NCBI GenBank assembly: GCA_963840035.1 | Contig: CAWIXE010000002.1 | Location: 1,216,001 to 1,280,000 of the forward strand | Origin: a candidate division FCPU426 bacterium | GTDB lineage: Bacteria; Oederibacteriota; PGYV01; Palsa-1178 | Direction: 5' to 3' | Length of the DNA stretch: 64,000 nt | In this document: piece by piece, positions 41,101 to 48,952 of the stretch | How the letters are laid out: the number at the start of each line of letters is the position of its first letter | Numbering within the stretch: position 1 is the first letter of the stretch | Notes under the pieces: generated by a model | Told to the model about the DNA's origin: nothing | Database searches by the model: none | Seen by the model: only the letters and a program-made list of their open reading frames with translations | Translations under genes and position numbers: made by a program

Positions 41101-43256
41101 ACCCGGACATAATCCACCACATCGGCTGCCGGTATGGGAACCCCCGCATTATCCTGTATCTCAAACCTCAGCCTGCCCACTGAAACCATACCGTTTGTGT
41201 TATTCAATAACGCGATGGACATTGCGGCTACGCCCTGCTGCCCGGAATTTGCGCGCTGAGGCATGGTGTCAGCATGCCTTGCTTTTATATCCACAGCGGG
41301 ATTGAGTATCAGGACAGATGATGTTTTCATGGGAAAAGAATCTGAAATATCGGAAGTTACCGCGACAGGCAGTTTTGAATTTTTATCCACCGCGTTGACA
41401 GCCGTGGCCGCGCCCAGGCTGAGCTTTATGCTTGTTTCGGACGTCGTGCCGGTCACGTCCAGGTAAAATTTCAGGGCACCGGACCCGCCCGGCGGCACTA
41501 TCAGGGATGTGGAAAAATTAATATACAGTTTTGCCGCGGACGCCGGCATTGATGACGCTGACGCAAGCGTATTATTCGACGCGTCAAGGACCGTAAACCC
41601 GGACATGACGCTGTTGGGCGTATTAATTCCGGAATCGTTCTCAACAGTTACAGTTACGCCCCTGATTTCAATCGGCGCGTAGCCAACCCCGTTTAAATGG
41701 GTAAACGTAATATCTGCGGCATGGACCCATTTCTGCGTTTTTGCCGCGTATTGAGGCATCGTGTTCAGATGGAAAACACTTACCCCCGTTGCCCCGGTTT
41801 GTATGACAGCGGACGTGCTTGTCAGCGACGCTGCCATGACAGGCGTCAGCGTGACACCGCTGCTTCCGGAAAACGCAGATATATGCGAAGTTTTTGAAAG
41901 GCTCATGTAAAAATCATTCGCGGACACTGCCGGCAGTATATCCACCATGGCTGTTACATCCCTGTATGTCCCGGATGTTACTGTCATACTTGACGCGAAA
42001 GGCAGCCAAACGCTGTTCGCGCCGCTTAACGCGGATGTATCCGAGTATGTTGTAATTCCATCCGATATTCTGACCCGTGAAAACAGCGCATTCAATCCCA
42101 TCGCCGGGTTTGATACTGCCGTTAATGTCACACCACTGACAACAACATCCGCGTAGATGGTCACAGCCTGCGGATGCGCGAACCGGAGCGTGAAAGGTTT
42201 CACCCCCTGCTGGCCCCTGGACACATACCCGGGCATCAGGTCAACGCGCGTCACATTCACGGAGTTATTGGCCGTTGTAATCAGGGTCCTTGTCGTGGCA
42301 AAAGGAAAAGAGGTCCCTGTATACGCCCTTGTAGTGTATGATCCGCCGTTGGTTATATCCGCCGCCTGCGGTATCCTCAGGCCTATGTCATACGTATTGA
42401 CAGCGGTTTCAAGGTAAATATAAATATCCACATATTGCGCGGCGCCTCCGTCATTTACTGAAATGGCCGTTGATAAACTGATGTTTGCCGTAGTCGAGGT
42501 CCCTGACGGGACATAATTTGCGTATGTTGTCGAACCATCCTTAATTATTATACGGGCTATGGAAGCGTTCATATTGACGCCTGAGGCGTAATTCACCGAC
42601 TGCAGCCTTATTGCGCTGACCGATATATTGCTGCCGCCGCTCGGGGTGGAATTATAAAAACCGGCCCTGAACGCGAGGATATTAGACTGCCCGGCGTCAG
42701 CTTTCTGGGGCATGGCGTCCGTTAACGACACATAAAGATACCCATTGTTGACAATCGTCTGCGTACTTGAATTTGTCGTGTCGGATGAAGGAAATGTTCC
42801 GCCCCCCGTGAAGCTTATGCAATTCTTTGATATTCTAAACGCACACTGGTTGTTATCGGCCGGAGTCACCGCTATATCAACCGTTATATATATGGAACCG
42901 CCGTTTTGAACAGGAGTATTCAGCGCGGCGGAGCCCCATGTCCTTGTTGCTGTCCTGGGCAGCGTGCCAATTAACACCGCGGCTGCCGGGTTAAATGTCC
43001 CTCCTGCGGCCTGATACCACGCTTTAACAGCCATTATGTCACCTGATTGATCGGCAGTTTTCGTATTTACGACGCTGATAGCCGTTAAGACATCATCCGT
43101 TCCGGCTGTTATGCTAAACCTGTATACAAGTTTGTTTGTATCCACAGGGTAGAAACTCGCCGTAGATGTATTTACAAGCGACACGGATGTCACTGAAGAC
43201 ATTATAATTGCGGGAAACAGGAACAACATCGCCGTCATCAAACGCAGTAATTTCAT
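35115..43256 (-). CDS. Giant secreted surface protein with ~16 repeats + FlgD-Ig/T9SS-like CTD (copy B)
   Basis: Collinear with copy A (e.g. WHDGTLIPAL(V/I)GKGQDDVK); C-terminus NYPNPFDP...WDGFNSG...SGVYI...RKIAVLR. Confidence 0.87.
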   Translation of the reverse strand: MKLLRLMTAMLFLFPAIIMSSVTSVSLVNTSTASFYPVDTNKLVYRFSITAGTDDVLTAISVVNTKTADQSGDIMAVKAWYQAAGGTFNPAAAVLIGTLPRTATRTWGSAALNTPVQNGGSIYITVDIAVTPADNNQCAFRISKNCISFTGGGTFPSSDTTNSSTQTIVNNGYLYVSLTDAMPQKADAGQSNILAFRAGFYNSTPSGGSNISVSAIRLQSVNYASGVNMNASIARIIIKDGSTTYANYVPSGTSTTANISLSTAISVNDGGAAQYVDIYIYLETAVNTYDIGLRIPQAADITNGGSYTTRAYTGTSFPFATTRTLITTANNSVNVTRVDLMPGYVSRGQQGVKPFTLRFAHPQAVTIYADVVVSGVTLTAVSNPAMGLNALFSRVRISDGITTYSDTSALSGANSVWLPFASSMTVTSGTYRDVTAMVDILPAVSANDFYMSLSKTSHISAFSGSSGVTLTPVMAASLTSTSAVIQTGATGVSVFHLNTMPQYAAKTQKWVHAADITFTHLNGVGYAPIEIRGVTVTVENDSGINTPNSVMSGFTVLDASNNTLASASSMPASAAKLYINFSTSLIVPPGGSGALKFYLDVTGTTSETSIKLSLGAATAVNAVDKNSKLPVAVTSDISDSFPMKTSSVLILNPAVDIKARHADTMPQRANSGQQGVAAMSIALLNNTNGMVSVGRLRFEIQDNAGVPIPAADVVDYVRVEDFSNTSAAYYASAVTTTGSVLDMALVSPVIIGYSSSAPVTVSVKFNISASPKKNYFRAQMASAAGIIAKDYNLGNALPVSPILDSFPMNSSAVRVEARALSLNVSHTPRAAGPLSKGDVGAELIDLAFEAPGDTLTSSAVIYGITLTAENSSGSIAANTALSKVVVYEKGNPLNIYGSVPAMPAGQFVYVKFTNPVRVTPSASPGNLTVTVAADISPFASAPEFRISLSNGYKVGACDSNQMIAVSVTAKAPDTFPDMRSNLINLLSSNKAKLMHSDLMAETATNGQKAVAVMGLKFSNATDRPIAIHGLTLTAEDMANNGIIPSAVLAALYAVDDAGTTNGVVTAVPDSGQDVYMTFTDDVNIAASSYGNFNIIADLKDNTFTSAFKLEISAAVRVDAMPNTLIVEADSEDTFPMRSSPVRVQLKPSGAGLSHNDVIPTTASTGQSDIFAEILTAYNPNTADCADVVLSGLTLTVEDDTNTAINPSAAIKKITIKGDSGINASFTAVPNTVGSFYVPFSAPVAVGPGLSQVLKLNLDITDTLQASFFRINIKNAAAVRFVDANSGMTIAATAMNGDAFPMTTSGVIVQQRVQECRMSHADIMQPAYNSGQSGAGLLSISFTNPGGSNGANMFITRIVATVEDASNNGITPESVLSRIYVTDASGAVYGDVVSPPDYGDSASIGLTIPIIIPPGTTKQVFIKGNIDASPSAPGFRVDIKYASNVIARDSNSYDILPVTAYMDSFPMRSSYALIQQKTNLISASSANLMPAAVNKGQADVPVLYFEAVNGNPAGYSAAEVRGLTVTVMNSAAGPVAPSAVLSKLTVSDGVTVFGAQTAILSAGNKVFIPLSTPISLASGVLKGVTMYADIAPAASGLNLMLSLEDDGDISAAEINSGGPVTAVTGLFPMRSDATTIISTPGIHVTHSAAAPGDISGSQQNFSLLSLTFTNIGSFAEYVRYLTVTAKDNSGSGAPAGEIFSNMYIVDDGGDTKCVKAVSGAAPQIILDMSSLPLQVLPQSAISMALYADARDVTFSASYRVEAASAADVSATAAVSAGAGDSFPMGSGNFNLQQRNTGISVSLADLMPPSVSTGQPEVMTMMLSISGAGGPGYSPVIIKGISITVKDAASNTLCASKTFSRVRLTDFINDFADTAVIPDSEFINIQLPQPLTVSAGEVKYIYVIADMSTNTNIAAAGFKLALSSPDAVEAYDYNSRSMRVPVTGAFALESSAAAIQKHAVQLKVAHEDAMPARISTDQLNIPVMKLVFTDTGDTKTASVMITRLYLYLVDNLGANTLPQDVVKAVRISSGDGSVTYGETTVFSGNKITINLSAPVIVSAAVNVTVTVRVDAASLFNKPAFKAALVSAPDIYAVDANSFDSVPVVNKQPDNFPMMSGLSVLENRAQSADLGDFTAIADAQPAVTKAQKRVALYSFKVSDTMAANTAREIISGITVTVKNGAGSNISAGSCFDRLYAVDGSSNTLSSVVPGISNRVPMPFIAPVIISPSGYLYVTIFADILPAPAVQNFALYLESGGDVWVKDANSGYETDKNIIGPAMPWHTAAIGIFDAPATDLHAWHDGTLIPALIGKGQDDVKVMGLTLSNPCATGSADVIMHGVSVTVLDAAGVTLAPSSVIEGLKFADYPGLVTYGYATGSAFASAGPVYVAFDSPLPVGAMKTTTIYLSANVADNAAPGSVRFSISQDTCIAAHNNPAGYVTITAVNSDAFPMNTNLTSVTAATYFVGVCHAARMPVSAVRGQAGVKALELSFSNHNTADIGIKGITLTVKTRQGNKIPASSVISSVLLMDGAAIAGTFTATDSPELYLDPAGLNIPKGTEKTLAVVLGLSADCLYDFGLELETAGDITASPDSNMQAQAGDYFGNMKSGMVSVLAPATAESFHNYPNPFDPARGNTVVEYYLEDTSEVTLAIYTLDFRPVKILADRAVKTAGLHNEDTWDGFNSGHTGVRSGVYICVIDIKSAATGRSERLMRKIAVLR

Positions 43257-43275
43257 AACATGTGCCTCCGTCTTG

Positions 43276-43623
43276 TTAATTTGTCACGAAACTCTCCACC
43301 GCCTCTTCGGCATTCCTGTATGATTTAATAAATTCATGCGCGTCCAGCAATTCATATACCAGGCCGACTTCCTCGTTCATGGCCGCAAGCTTCATATCGC
43401 CGCCTATCGCCCTGAGAACCGCCACAAAATCACGGAGCACCATCCACACTTCAGTTCCCATATTCGCCGTGTACTCAAGATTAACAACCAGTTTTTTTTC
43501 ATTACAATTAACAAGGGCCTTAAGCTTATCCTCCAGCAATTTTATGTTTGTCCCGTCTATCCATCCCGAAGGGCTTATGATAAAAGCCCCATCCCTGCGG
43601 TTTTCAAAAATAAAAAGTTCCAT
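43276..43623 (-). CDS. STAS-domain protein
   Basis: GWIDGTN..LVVNLEYTANMGTEVW..GGDMKLAAM. Confidence 0.8.
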   Translation of the reverse strand: MELFIFENRRDGAFIISPSGWIDGTNIKLLEDKLKALVNCNEKKLVVNLEYTANMGTEVWMVLRDFVAVLRAIGGDMKLAAMNEEVGLVYELLDAHEFIKSYRNAEEAVESFVTN

Positions 43624-43650
43624 ATCGCCCTCCGTTCCGGTTTTTGCCCT

Positions 43651-44010
43651 TTACTGAGCCCTGAAACTGGTGACTGCCTGCTGTTCGGTCGGATACGCCT
43701 CGATGAGCTCAAAAAATTCCATTATCTTAAAAACGCATTCAACATCCTCATTCATATTCGTGAGCTTTAAACAGCCCCCTTTTTCATTTATCTTCCTCAG
43801 GTTTGAGAGAAGTATCCCCCACCCGGCCGAGCCGATAAATGATATCTTATCCAGGTTTATGATTAGTGAATAATTCTCCCTGGCGAATTCCTCCTCGAAT
43901 TTTTCCGCCAGCTTATACGCGTTTGAAGCGTCAATAAAGCCTTCGGCGCTGATGACGGTTACACCCCCCCTGTTAATGTCGGTAAAACTCACTGTGTTTG
44001 CTACGGTCAT
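43651..44010 (-). CDS. STAS-domain anti-sigma factor antagonist
   Basis: GFIDASNA..LIINLDKISFIGSAGWG; start moved to ATG 44010 (GGAGG). Confidence 0.85.
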   Translation of the reverse strand: MTVANTVSFTDINRGGVTVISAEGFIDASNAYKLAEKFEEEFARENYSLIINLDKISFIGSAGWGILLSNLRKINEKGGCLKLTNMNEDVECVFKIMEFFELIEAYPTEQQAVTSFRAQ

Positions 44011-44047
44011 AACAGCCTCCTTTTGCGCCCTCCTTAAGGGCATATTG

Positions 44048-45544
44048 TTAATTCAGTGTTTTCTTCAGTACCAGAAGTGCTATATCATCGCTTTGCTCGG
44101 CTTTTCCGGCGAATTTTTTCACGTCATTTACTATATACTCGGTTATGTTTTCAGCGCTCCTGGTACAGCTTGACTTAATGGCCGATATCAGCCTCTTCAT
44201 GTTATACTGGACATGGTCGGCGTTCATTGCCTCTGTTATGCCGTCGGTAAATACCACTATCACATCCCCGCCGGAAAGCGTGACATGGTCGTTTTTGATT
44301 ATATTGTTGAATTTTGGCCCCGGGTCGGTCCCTATGGGGATGCCCCTGGGATTATAGAACATGACATCGCCGGTCGCGGCCCTGAAGACCAGCCCCCCCG
44401 TATGTCCGGCCGATGATATGTCAAGCACGGACGCATCAGTATCCATAACACAGTAAAAAGCCGTGATGAACATGTCGCCTTTAAGGTCCGGGAAAAGCCG
44501 TTCATTGATCCGCTTCATGGTTACGTGCGATTCAACCGACGGGCTGGCTTCCGAATCAACTATGGATTTGAGCATGGCCATCACCAGCGCGGCGGGAACC
44601 CCCTTTCCGGAGACATCCGCAACCATAAAGGCATATTTGTTTTCAGCAAGGTATTTTATGTCGTAATAATCGCCGCCGACTTCCTTTGTCGGCATGTAAT
44701 ATTTCCCCACTTCAAAGCCCGGCACCGCCAGCATCTTCTTTGGCAGGAGCGCGAGTTGTATCTGCCTGGCCACTTCTATATCCCTGTCCATTATTTCCTG
44801 CTTAACAACAAGTTCCTGCGAATTTTTCAGGTCCTTTGTCATCATATTTATAATGGTGGCCAGCGTGCCTATCTCATTTCCGCTTTTAACCTGTATCCTG
44901 TGCGACAGGTCGCCCGTGCCTATTATTTTCGCCCCTCTTGTAACTGTCTTCAAAGGGGTTGTGATGGTAATCCCGAGAAAGCATGCCCCCGCCACGCCCA
45001 GTATGAGCGATAACAGCGATATAATCGCGGCGTTCCTGTACATATCGTAAAGCACTGCCTCAATAAGCCCGTATGATATCCCCAGGTGGGCTGTTGCAAT
45101 TTTTATCATTCCTTTTGCAAGAACCGGCGAGCTGAAATCCATAATCTTCGCGCCGTCCTGCGCCGCGTAAATCACCATGCCTTCAGCGTCCTTTTCCTGA
45201 ATGATATCCTGCGGCGCTTTATACTCAGACCCGGTGAGTTCCAGGTTGTTGCTTCCCACAATCAGATTCTGTTTATTTACCACATCTATATATATGAGTC
45301 CTTTGTTATTCATGGTATCAGCCAGAATCCTGGAAACCGAAAGCTCGTCTTTTGTCAGGATACCGTCCGAAATGGAGTTGGAAAGGTTTTTTACAAGCGA
45401 CAGGCCCCTTAGTTTTATCTCGTTCTCAAGGCTCTTTTTTTGCTGCGTTATAAAAAAGTAACTCATAACGCTTGTCACAACCAGCAGCAGGGCTGTTACG
45501 AATATTATAATCTCAAAAAGTATGCTTCCGCGTTTTGCAGCCAT
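44048..45544 (-). CDS. Membrane HAMP + PP2C/SpoIIE phosphatase (paralog of 16862..18349)
   Basis: EVGGDYYD, ADVSGKGVPAAL, FTDGITEA, QSDDI; start 45544 (alternative 45562). Confidence 0.92.
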   Translation of the reverse strand: MAAKRGSILFEIIIFVTALLLVVTSVMSYFFITQQKKSLENEIKLRGLSLVKNLSNSISDGILTKDELSVSRILADTMNNKGLIYIDVVNKQNLIVGSNNLELTGSEYKAPQDIIQEKDAEGMVIYAAQDGAKIMDFSSPVLAKGMIKIATAHLGISYGLIEAVLYDMYRNAAIISLLSLILGVAGACFLGITITTPLKTVTRGAKIIGTGDLSHRIQVKSGNEIGTLATIINMMTKDLKNSQELVVKQEIMDRDIEVARQIQLALLPKKMLAVPGFEVGKYYMPTKEVGGDYYDIKYLAENKYAFMVADVSGKGVPAALVMAMLKSIVDSEASPSVESHVTMKRINERLFPDLKGDMFITAFYCVMDTDASVLDISSAGHTGGLVFRAATGDVMFYNPRGIPIGTDPGPKFNNIIKNDHVTLSGGDVIVVFTDGITEAMNADHVQYNMKRLISAIKSSCTRSAENITEYIVNDVKKFAGKAEQSDDIALLVLKKTLN

Positions 45545-45859
45545 GTACACCCCCGGTAACATTTATACGCATTAATAAATTGCGGTTAATTTTAGCGTAC
45601 TTTAGCAGGTTAAAGCGGCATGTTATGAATCGCGCAGGCTTGCAGAAAAGTTTTTTTCAGTTAATTAATTGCGGGGTGAAGGTTGTTCCACTTTCACGGA
45701 TGTGTTTTTATATGAGGCATATATTTTTTTAGTTTTTTTCAGCTCAACCCTTATTCCCCAGTGCCTAAACCCACTTTCTAAATCAGCTTTCAATATATGT
45801 ATAGCCTTTGATATGTAAAATGTCAAATTATAAATGCTTTAACCCATATTTATAAGCAT

Positions 45860-45887
45860 AAAAAAAGGCGCCTTGAAGGCGCCTTTT
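45860..45887 (-). terminator. Intrinsic terminator of the nuo operon
   Basis: AAAAAAAGGCGCCTTGAAGGCGCCTTTT hairpin with A/T runs. Confidence 0.8.
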
Positions 45888-45904
45888 CAGGTCAAACGGT
45901 TATA

Positions 45905-47329
45905 TCAATGCAGGAAAAGTTTCTGCGCTATGTCAGTGGTTAAGTCTATTACCGGGCCAGGGTATATACCAATGGCAAACATCAGCACCATGCATATTAC
46001 GATTACAGCCATGACGCCCTTCGGTACAACAGCCTTCGCAAATTCTTTTTTTCTGTCAAATATGTACATCTGCTTTAAGACAAGCAGGTAATAATAAAGC
46101 GATATGGTGCTGTTAAGCGCGGCCGCGATTACCAGCCACACGTAGCCTTTTTCCATAGCCGCATAAAAGAGGTAGAACTTCCCCACGAATCCGGCCAGCG
46201 GCGGTATCCCGGCGAGCGACAGCAATGCGAGCATGAATATAATGGCAAGGAACGGCTCTTTTTGGGCGAGTCCGGCGTAATCCTCAAGTTCGTTTGAGCC
46301 TGTCACCTTCTCAAAAACCGCGATTACAGAGAAGGCCAGTATGTTTGTAATCGTATAAGCCAGCAGGTAAAAAAGCACAGAACTGATCCCGATTACGGAA
46401 GCCCCGACAAATCCGACCAAGATGTAACCGGCCTGCGATATGGTGGAGTACGCCAGCAGCCTTTTGACATTCTTCTGCGGTATGGCAATTAAGTTTCCGA
46501 TTGTCATGGTTAAAAGGGCTATTATGGATAATAACGGCACCCAGATATAATCAAGCTTTACGAACATGTAGGCAAAGAGCCTCACCGCGAATATAAATCC
46601 GGCGGCCTTTGACCCCACTGAAATAAATGAAGCGACCGGAGTCGGAGCGCCCTGGTACACATCGGGCGTCCACGCGTGCATTGGCACCATGGAAAGCTTA
46701 AAGCCCACGCCTAAAAGGGTCATTATAAGCGCTATTACAAAAAGCGGCTGAATCTGCGACTGTGAAGCGTAAGCCATAATCGAATCCAGATTAGTGGCCC
46801 TGGACATGCCGTAAATGATGGACAATCCGTAAAGTAATACGCCTGAAGAAAGCGCGCCGAGGATCAGGTACTTAATGCCCGCTTCAAGCGAAAGGTTGTC
46901 GTGTTTGTAAATGGCGCTTAACGCGTATAAGCTTATGGTGGCCAGCTCAAGGCCGACATAAAGCGTTATAAGTTCTTTTGATGAAACCAGGAACATAAGC
47001 CCCAGAGTGGATGCCGCAAGCAGTATGTAATATGCCGCCGTGTATTTTTTTGAGACTTTGATGGTGCCTACGGACATAAATCCGGTCAGAAGGGCCGCGA
47101 GCAGAATCACGGTTTTTGAGAACCACGCCACGCCGTCAGAAACATAAGCCCCGCCAAGAAGTATTCCCTGTTTGGTAAAGACCGCGACATATACAAGCAG
47201 CGCGGCAATGGCCATATTAAAAACAACGCCTATTATCTCCTTTTTTTCTTTTATAAAGAAGTCAAGGAATAAAAGCAAAGCTATGATGCCGGTTAAAGCA
47301 AGCTCTCCGTACATTAACGAAAAATCCAA
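45905..47329 (-). CDS. nuoN: NADH-quinone oxidoreductase subunit N
   Basis: LEAGIKYLILGA, GFKLSMVPMHAWTPDVYQGAP, KRLLAYSTI; TTG start. Confidence 0.95.
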   Translation of the reverse strand: MDFSLMYGELALTGIIALLLFLDFFIKEKKEIIGVVFNMAIAALLVYVAVFTKQGILLGGAYVSDGVAWFSKTVILLAALLTGFMSVGTIKVSKKYTAAYYILLAASTLGLMFLVSSKELITLYVGLELATISLYALSAIYKHDNLSLEAGIKYLILGALSSGVLLYGLSIIYGMSRATNLDSIMAYASQSQIQPLFVIALIMTLLGVGFKLSMVPMHAWTPDVYQGAPTPVASFISVGSKAAGFIFAVRLFAYMFVKLDYIWVPLLSIIALLTMTIGNLIAIPQKNVKRLLAYSTISQAGYILVGFVGASVIGISSVLFYLLAYTITNILAFSVIAVFEKVTGSNELEDYAGLAQKEPFLAIIFMLALLSLAGIPPLAGFVGKFYLFYAAMEKGYVWLVIAAALNSTISLYYYLLVLKQMYIFDRKKEFAKAVVPKGVMAVIVICMVLMFAIGIYPGPVIDLTTDIAQKLFLH

Positions 47330-47458
47330 GTTAAACCTCCGTGAATTCGATTTCTAATTTCTTATTTCTAATTTTTGATTGAAACCTTGCGCCTTACTCC
47401 TGTCTCCAATCTCTTGCCTCGTCTTTCCTCATTCCGCCACCCACCACCCACTTTCCTC

Positions 47459-48952
47459 CTACATCGTCCCAAGTTTCAGCGCAATGGGCAGCACTGACGA
47501 ATGTATAACCTTCATTATGTAGAACGGGTACACACCCACCGCCACTATAAAGAACATAAGCAGCGCGAGCGCGGCGAACTCTATTTTGTTGATATCCTTT
47601 AATCCCGCGTACTTCGGCATTTCCGGGCCGAAGAAAACTATCTGTACCGCCCTTAAAACATAGAACGCGGTAAAGACAATTCCGGTTATGCAAATGACGG
47701 TAATTACCGGGAATGTTTTATAGGCACCCAGGAATACCGTTATCTCAGCGACAAACCCTGATAACGCCGGCAGCCCGAGCGAGCAAAGCCCTGTAAGCAC
47801 AAAGAACGCCGTTAGCGCCGGCATCTTCTTGGCCAGCCCCTGCATTTCGGTTATTATCCTTGTATGAGACCTGCCGTATGTCATGCCCACCAGGCCGAAG
47901 AAAAGGCCTGTCATGATGCCGTGCGAGAACATCTGAAGCACTGCCCCGGAAAACGCCACTGAATTTCCGGCGGCGATGCCGAGAAGCACTATTCCCATGT
48001 GCGACACAGATGAGTATGCCACTATGAATTTCAAATCCCTCTGCGCCACAGCTCCTAAAGAGCCGTATACGATATTGACAACCGTAAGCACCGCGATCGT
48101 CGGGAACCAGAATTTCGCGCCGTCAGGCAGGAGCCACACGGCCACCACAAGGCACCCGTACGCGCCGAGTTTCATAAGCACGCCTGCGTGAAGCATGGAA
48201 ACGGCCGTGGGCGCCGAGGCATGGCCGTCAGGTGACCATGTATGAAACGGCCACAGCGCGGCTAAGATGCCAAACCCCACGAATAATATCGGGAAGAATA
48301 TAATCTGGAAGGTCCTGTCAAAAGTTATCTTTTCCAGGAGGTCAAAATCAAAAGTATGTATGCCGGAGGCAAAATAAAGGCCGAGTATGCCCGCGAGTAT
48401 AAGCGCGCTTCCCACCATGAGGTATAAGGTCAGTTTCATGGCTGAGTATTCCTTCGGGCCTGTCCCCCATATCCCGATAAGCAGGTACATGGGCAGTACC
48501 GCTATTTCATAAAAAAGGAAGAACAGGAATAGATTATATGTCATGAATACGCCGAAGACCCCGGTCGTAAGGGTTAAAAGCAGTATGAAGAACTCTTTTG
48601 GCCTGTAAGTGATGTCCCATGAAGCGAGTACGCCGGCAGTAATGATAACGCCTGTTAAAAGCACGAGCACGACATTTATGCCGTTAACACCCATGAAGTA
48701 ATTAATGCCGAGCGCCTCGGCCCATATATGGTGCTCCACGAACTGGAGCCCGCCTTTTGTAAAATCATAGGCGAAGAAAAGCAGTATGGAAAGGACAAAT
48801 GATATGGCTGAGAAGGTAAATGACACCAGCCTTACCGCCTTATGGTTTGAGCCGGGTATTATAAAAAGAGCTATCACAGCCAGAAGCGGCATGACATATA
48901 TTATGGTGAGTATCGGTATCTGGCTGAAAAAAGCGTTTAACACGGCTGACAT
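47459..48952 (-). CDS. nuoM: NADH-quinone oxidoreductase subunit M
   Basis: PFHTWSPDGHASAPT, LMKLGAYG, AYSSVSHMG, LGLPALSGFVAE. Confidence 0.95.
   Translation of the reverse strand: MSAVLNAFFSQIPILTIIYVMPLLAVIALFIIPGSNHKAVRLVSFTFSAISFVLSILLFFAYDFTKGGLQFVEHHIWAEALGINYFMGVNGINVVLVLLTGVIITAGVLASWDITYRPKEFFILLLTLTTGVFGVFMTYNLFLFFLFYEIAVLPMYLLIGIWGTGPKEYSAMKLTLYLMVGSALILAGILGLYFASGIHTFDFDLLEKITFDRTFQIIFFPILFVGFGILAALWPFHTWSPDGHASAPTAVSMLHAGVLMKLGAYGCLVVAVWLLPDGAKFWFPTIAVLTVVNIVYGSLGAVAQRDLKFIVAYSSVSHMGIVLLGIAAGNSVAFSGAVLQMFSHGIMTGLFFGLVGMTYGRSHTRIITEMQGLAKKMPALTAFFVLTGLCSLGLPALSGFVAEITVFLGAYKTFPVITVICITGIVFTAFYVLRAVQIVFFGPEMPKYAGLKDINKIEFAALALLMFFIVAVGVYPFYIMKVIHSSVLPIALKLGTM

Noticed and set aside
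21115..42417. Many plus-strand ORFs up to 269 aa
   Set aside because: Antisense shadows of the long minus-strand genes with no family motifs
20718..43256. Assembly duplication or diversity-generating retroelement
   Set aside because: Copies are substantially diverged with different gene order; no reverse transcriptase or adenine-specific template/variable repeat pair seen
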